The notes under the pieces are model-generated. The model was given only the letters and a program-made list of their open reading frames with translations, ran no database searches and was not told the DNA's origin. A program made the translations under genes and the position numbers. 64,000 nucleotides of DNA from a virus: positions 52,145 through 116,144 of the IMG/VR virus record IMGVR_UViG_3300042868_009121. One strand, written 5' to 3'. Within the stretch, counting starts at the first letter, position 1. Every line of letters begins with the position of its first letter. Of the stretch, positions 59,916-64,000 are shown piece by piece.

Positions 59916-60689
59916 TTATATTCCGTACCTACCCTTTAAAGCATTGTAGTTTTGGCTTATTTCCGCAGCTGTTAATGATCCAGAGTACCACATCATATGC
60001 GCCACAGACATTGAAATAGGGCTACTACCCCCTCCTGAAGATCCTAAGTAATAAATCCTAGTAGGACTAATAAAACTATCATCAACAAAAGTATCTGTAG
60101 TGGTTCCTCCTAATAGAGTACCGTTAAGATAAAAATCTATCCCAGCATTACTACTAACAAAGGTAAACATTGCTGTTTGACTTTGGCTTACAAATTGAAC
60201 TGCGCCTGCTGGGTTATATACAGTAGCATTAAAGTTAGGAGTTCCTTGTGATATTATAACCTCACCTGGGCCTAATCCTGTTCCTGGTTGAGATAGTCCA
60301 TAGCTGGTAGGGTTAGCATTATCTGCAAAAAACCTATATCTAGTAAATGTTGTGGGAAGTGCAGCAAAACTACCTATAATATTTAATGTATGAGATTTAG
60401 GCACTGATCCTGTTAAATACCCTGATCCCGTCATAAAATCATCAGCTCCATCAAATACAAATCTACTAGCCTCTCCATTTGAAACAAATATTGGAGAGTT
60501 TACCAAAGCTAAATTATTTGAACCATTTAAATTAGTCCACACTGTTCCGGATCCTCCGTAAGAAGACGCATTTCCTGCATCAAATCTATGTGTTAAATTT
60601 GTAGTAACAATAGTCGAAGTTACTTGCTGCCCTACAGAAAAATTTCCTGAAGACACTCTACTTGATCCATTAAATATAGTAACTGGCAT
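59916..60689 (-). CDS. LamG/concanavalin-like virion protein
   Basis: DAGN..SY.GSGT.W, FDG.DD, YLNG, LTA.EI.QNYNA. Confidence 0.8.
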   Translation of the reverse strand: MPVTIFNGSSRVSSGNFSVGQQVTSTIVTTNLTHRFDAGNASSYGGSGTVWTNLNGSNNLALVNSPIFVSNGEASRFVFDGADDFMTGSGYLTGSVPKSHTLNIIGSFAALPTTFTRYRFFADNANPTSYGLSQPGTGLGPGEVIISQGTPNFNATVYNPAGAVQFVSQSQTAMFTFVSSNAGIDFYLNGTLLGGTTTDTFVDDSFISPTRIYYLGSSGGGSSPISMSVAHMMWYSGSLTAAEISQNYNALKGRYGI

Positions 60690-60706
60690 TTAATAAATTT
60701 ATGTTA

Positions 60707-60982
60707 TTAGTATCCATTAGTATCTAACCATTCTTGGAGTGGCTGTCTATCTCCATTATATAACTCTCTTCTAAGATCGTGTTCTATATGTTGTTCAGGA
60801 GTTGGAACTTCTCCGTTTGTTAATAGTTCACTATGTCTTTGTCCTTTAATAAATTGAATTATGTTTTCAAAACATCTAACATAATAAAGAAAATTCATAT
60901 ACTCAAAAGTAACAATTTTAATAGATTCTTCTCCTGTTAATTCTGTACTAATGTAAATAAAATCGTTTGTAGTGTAACTCAT
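60707..60982 (-). CDS. Hypothetical protein
   Basis: 91-aa ORF in operon. Confidence 0.6.
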   Translation of the reverse strand: MSYTTNDFIYISTELTGEESIKIVTFEYMNFLYYVRCFENIIQFIKGQRHSELLTNGEVPTPEQHIEHDLRRELYNGDRQPLQEWLDTNGY

Positions 60983-60994
60983 ATTATTATATTT

Positions 60995-62278
60995 TTAAAT
61001 TATAAACGGATGACCTATTGTACCTTGCATAGGTAATTTTGTAGACCCAAATGCTAAATAACCCATCCATTCGTTTTCAGGTCCACCAGCATCAATTTCA
61101 TTTGTAACTGTAAAGTTATTATATCCAAAAATATCCATATCTTGCCTTGCTTGTTCTGTACCTGTTGTACTCGGATATGAAGATATACTATCATACGATA
61201 TAGCCAAATCTATTTCTGAAGATGCTGTAGCATCCTCATCTAAAACACCCATAGCTTGTCTAGTAGTTAAACCAGCGGCACTACCTAAACCAATTCTATC
61301 TTGTACTGTAGCTGTACCTGCTGCTGCTTGGGTCTTCATTGCCCCCATAAATGATATACCTTTAAGTATAAATGGTAATCCAGTAATTGCTGCAGTTCTG
61401 CCTGAATCTTGTCTAATAGTATATGAACCTGCTTGCCAACCTCCACCTTTAATAGCCATATAAATATATCTTCTATTTGTTGTACCTAGATTAGTCCAGT
61501 TAAGTGTAAATTGGTCTGTACCAAAAGCTGATAATACAGCTCTAGCATTTGGGTTACCTCCTGCTACAACTATCATTGCTAAACATTCACTAGCACGTGC
61601 ATATCCATCTGTATCCATAGTAGCTGACCCATCATCAGAGTTACCTACTACAACTATGTTTTGTGCTGTAGCAGTTCCTGTTGCTGCACCTACACATAAA
61701 CCTGAGTCATTGACTTGTCCTGTATTTAACGCCGCTGTAGATTGTACTCCTGCAAACATTACACATTGATTGTCTCCTCTAGAATTAAACCCGTTTGCTG
61801 TATAGTTTTGAGTACCTGTTGCTGCTGGTTCAGCTATATCACCAATTGTTACTTGTTGTATATCATCTAAACCCCAAGCCTCATAAAATATTGTTAAGTT
61901 AGCAGGAGTAACGTCATCTACTATTAAAGTAAACCCATCTGTATCTATACTACTAATGTCTAATTTACCATCTATAGCACCAGCTCCAGTAACAGTGATA
62001 CAAACACAATCGTTTGCAGCAACTGAACCACAATCAGAGTCTGCTACGTTATCAGCACTAAATGTTCCGACTGCTCTTCTTGTAGAAGCGTCAACACAAA
62101 AACCTATACCTCTTCTTTCAGAAACAGTTTGAGTAAAAGAATCTGTAGCTGATTGATGACCCATCCAATAAAATCTTATTGCTTTAGGACGGAATCCTAA
62201 ACCAGTAACAACTTTAGTTGCGTTTAAAGCATCACTTGTTAACCATTGAATCGCTCCTTGTGAATAACCAAATGCCAT
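60995..62278 (-). CDS. Putative virion protein with three internal modules
   Basis: Repeated TGLGFRP / TGLPF-like modules. Confidence 0.6.
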   Translation of the reverse strand: MAFGYSQGAIQWLTSDALNATKVVTGLGFRPKAIRFYWMGHQSATDSFTQTVSERRGIGFCVDASTRRAVGTFSADNVADSDCGSVAANDCVCITVTGAGAIDGKLDISSIDTDGFTLIVDDVTPANLTIFYEAWGLDDIQQVTIGDIAEPAATGTQNYTANGFNSRGDNQCVMFAGVQSTAALNTGQVNDSGLCVGAATGTATAQNIVVVGNSDDGSATMDTDGYARASECLAMIVVAGGNPNARAVLSAFGTDQFTLNWTNLGTTNRRYIYMAIKGGGWQAGSYTIRQDSGRTAAITGLPFILKGISFMGAMKTQAAAGTATVQDRIGLGSAAGLTTRQAMGVLDEDATASSEIDLAISYDSISSYPSTTGTEQARQDMDIFGYNNFTVTNEIDAGGPENEWMGYLAFGSTKLPMQGTIGHPFII

Positions 62279-62280
62279 AA

Positions 62281-64000
62281 TTATGCTCTTGTATAAGTTA
62301 TTCTAATTGCTAATAATTCTGCTGTCGCAGCTAATGTATCACCACCTGCCGCACCATCTCTATAGCATCTAAATTGCACAAAATTACTAGCTGCTGGGGT
62401 ACCCCCTAGTGTTATTGCCGCTGTTGCTGCAGATATATTCACGTCTCTCGTAGCCTGGTTAGCATCGGTAACTGTTTGAGCAGTACCAAAAGCTTGGTCT
62501 ATCAAATCAGAATCAGCGTATGCTCTTCCTTGGAATCCCCAAACAACAGAGTTTGTTGATGCGTTATTTGACATCCAATAGAATACTGCAGTTATTGTAC
62601 CACCATTATAATCTGATGGCATAGGCATTGCCCAGTTTGCAAAGGTTTGTGAACCGTCTGCAAAGTTTATAGAGTAAAAGTTTACTGCATTTGTTGCTGT
62701 TGCTGTTAGTGTTGGAGATTGTGCACCAGCTGTAATTGAAGGCCAACCGCCACCAGCTGTTAATATAATTTGACCTGTTACACTTGCACCATTAGCTCCT
62801 GAAGTACCTGCGGATCCAGAACTACCACTAGTTCCACTAGAACCAGAAGAACCACTAGTACCATTTGCTCCAGATGTTCCGCTAGAACCAGAAGTACCGC
62901 TGCCACCTCCGCCAGCTGCAGATCCTGTTGTAGTTAATATATTTCCACTAGAATCAAATCCTAAAAATCCTACCGGAGTTCCTGTAAAAGAAGTTGTAGT
63001 AGTATAAGAATTTAATTTTAATTGCCCTGTTGTTTGAACAGACGAAGTAGTTACAGTTAATACGTTTACACTACCAGATGAAAATGTAGCTATAGTAGGA
63101 AAATTAGACCCACTATCTACAATTGAAAATAAATTTCCTCCGCTACCTGATACATGTAATAAAGTAGATCCACTACCTTGTATTTTAACAGTTGGTCTTA
63201 ATATTGTTTGTGTAATACTTGTATTACCTAAAGTGACACTATTAGATCCATTACCTTTTGCTTGATCACCAATTACAATTTCATTTTGACCATTACTTGA
63301 TGAAGGGGATGTGGCGTATCCAATGAATATACTATTATCAGAAGTTGTATTATAAGTAACACCATCAGGAAGAGTATCGCCAGCGAATGCTCCAATTCCT
63401 ACATTATAGGTTCCGGTAGTATTACCTCCTAAAGCACCATATCCAAATGCACTATTACTACTTCCACCTATATTATCAAATAATGAACCATATCCAAATG
63501 CAGAATTACTTGCTCCTGTTGTAGTGTACCTCATACTAACAGCACCTACGGCTGTATTACCTCCAGCACCAGTAGAAGCAGATGGTAGGGCATCTGAACC
63601 TATTGCTGTATTAAAAATCTGAGTTGTATTAGATTTTAAAGCATTAGCACCGATTGCAGTATTTTGAGATTGATTACCACCACCTCTACCTACAGTTATA
63701 CTATTAACTCTGATATCATTGCTACTTGTTACATTTCCTGTTACTACTAAAGCAGTTCCATTAAATGTTAAATTACTTTCTACAGTTGCATTTGGAGCAG
63801 TTCCATTAAGAGTTATTACTCCATTGTCTGTTGTGCCTGTTAGAGTAAGAGTGCCAGATGTACCAGAAGATCCTGAAGTTCCACTAGAACCAGAAGTTCC
63901 AGATGATCCTGGTGCGCCTGCGGCGCCACTAGTTCCAGAAGAACCACTAGAACCAGAAGTTCCAGATGATCCTGGTGCGCCTGCGGCGCCACTAGTTCCA
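62281..64000 (-). CDS. Fibre/adhesin protein (5' truncated by window edge)
   Basis: Frame stays open from 63534 to the window end; N.A.G..AL beta-roll repeats and GTSGSSG collagen-like tracts. Confidence 0.8.
   Translation of the reverse strand, partial: GTSGAAGAPGSSGTSGSSGSSGTSGAAGAPGSSGTSGSSGTSGSSGTSGTLTLTGTTDNGVITLNGTAPNATVESNLTFNGTALVVTGNVTSSNDIRVNSITVGRGGGNQSQNTAIGANALKSNTTQIFNTAIGSDALPSASTGAGGNTAVGAVSMRYTTTGASNSAFGYGSLFDNIGGSSNSAFGYGALGGNTTGTYNVGIGAFAGDTLPDGVTYNTTSDNSIFIGYATSPSSSNGQNEIVIGDQAKGNGSNSVTLGNTSITQTILRPTVKIQGSGSTLLHVSGSGGNLFSIVDSGSNFPTIATFSSGSVNVLTVTTSSVQTTGQLKLNSYTTTTSFTGTPVGFLGFDSSGNILTTTGSAAGGGGSGTSGSSGTSGANGTSGSSGSSGTSGSSGSAGTSGANGASVTGQIILTAGGGWPSITAGAQSPTLTATATNAVNFYSINFADGSQTFANWAMPMPSDYNGGTITAVFYWMSNNASTNSVVWGFQGRAYADSDLIDQAFGTAQTVTDANQATRDVNISAATAAITLGGTPAASNFVQFRCYRDGAAGGDTLAATAELLAIRITYTRA
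63881..64000. repeat. Tandem repeat, period 63 bp
   Basis: 57-bp identity 63881-63937 = 63944-64000, encoding G-X-X tracts. Confidence 0.85.

Noticed and set aside
63881-64000. CRISPR-like array
   Set aside because: The repeat is an in-frame 63-bp coding unit with no unique spacers

Overview
This is a 64-kb segment of a large, AT-rich, contractile-tailed (myovirus-type) phage genome, with almost all genes on the minus strand. The host is probably Bacteroidota, inferred from TAnnTTTG-like promoter elements and the lack of obvious Shine-Dalgarno sites. The modules, left to right, are: (1) nucleotide metabolism plus a candidate DNA hypermodification cluster at ~1.3-11.4 kb, made of canonical ThyA, a dCMP-specific thymidylate-synthase homolog, dCMP deaminase, dUTPase, a DUF6378-like protein, a fold-II PLP enzyme, an aGPT-PPlase1/ADDT-like DNA transferase and an SGNH-like enzyme, interrupted by a lipoprotein, an HNH endonuclease with a kissing-loop leader and a paralogous mini-ORF array; (2) a chaperone operon (sHSP, GroES, GroEL); (3) replication genes: family A DNA polymerase, class II RNR, DnaB-like helicase, 5'-3' exonuclease, RecA/UvsX, gp32-like SSB and a second small PolA-like protein; (4) a tail module: hub with a GH108-like domain, LysM-like protein, tape measure, chaperone pair with a probable frameshift, tube and sheath; (5) S/T/G-rich fibre/adhesin genes with two embedded multidomain glycosyltransferases, one of them Aah/TibC-like. 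The best candidate novel system is a cytosine (not thymine) hypermodification pathway. The second is a virion protein O-glycosylation system. Several structured RNA leaders and two possible recoding sites were also seen. All family calls come from motif recognition by eye; no searches were run.
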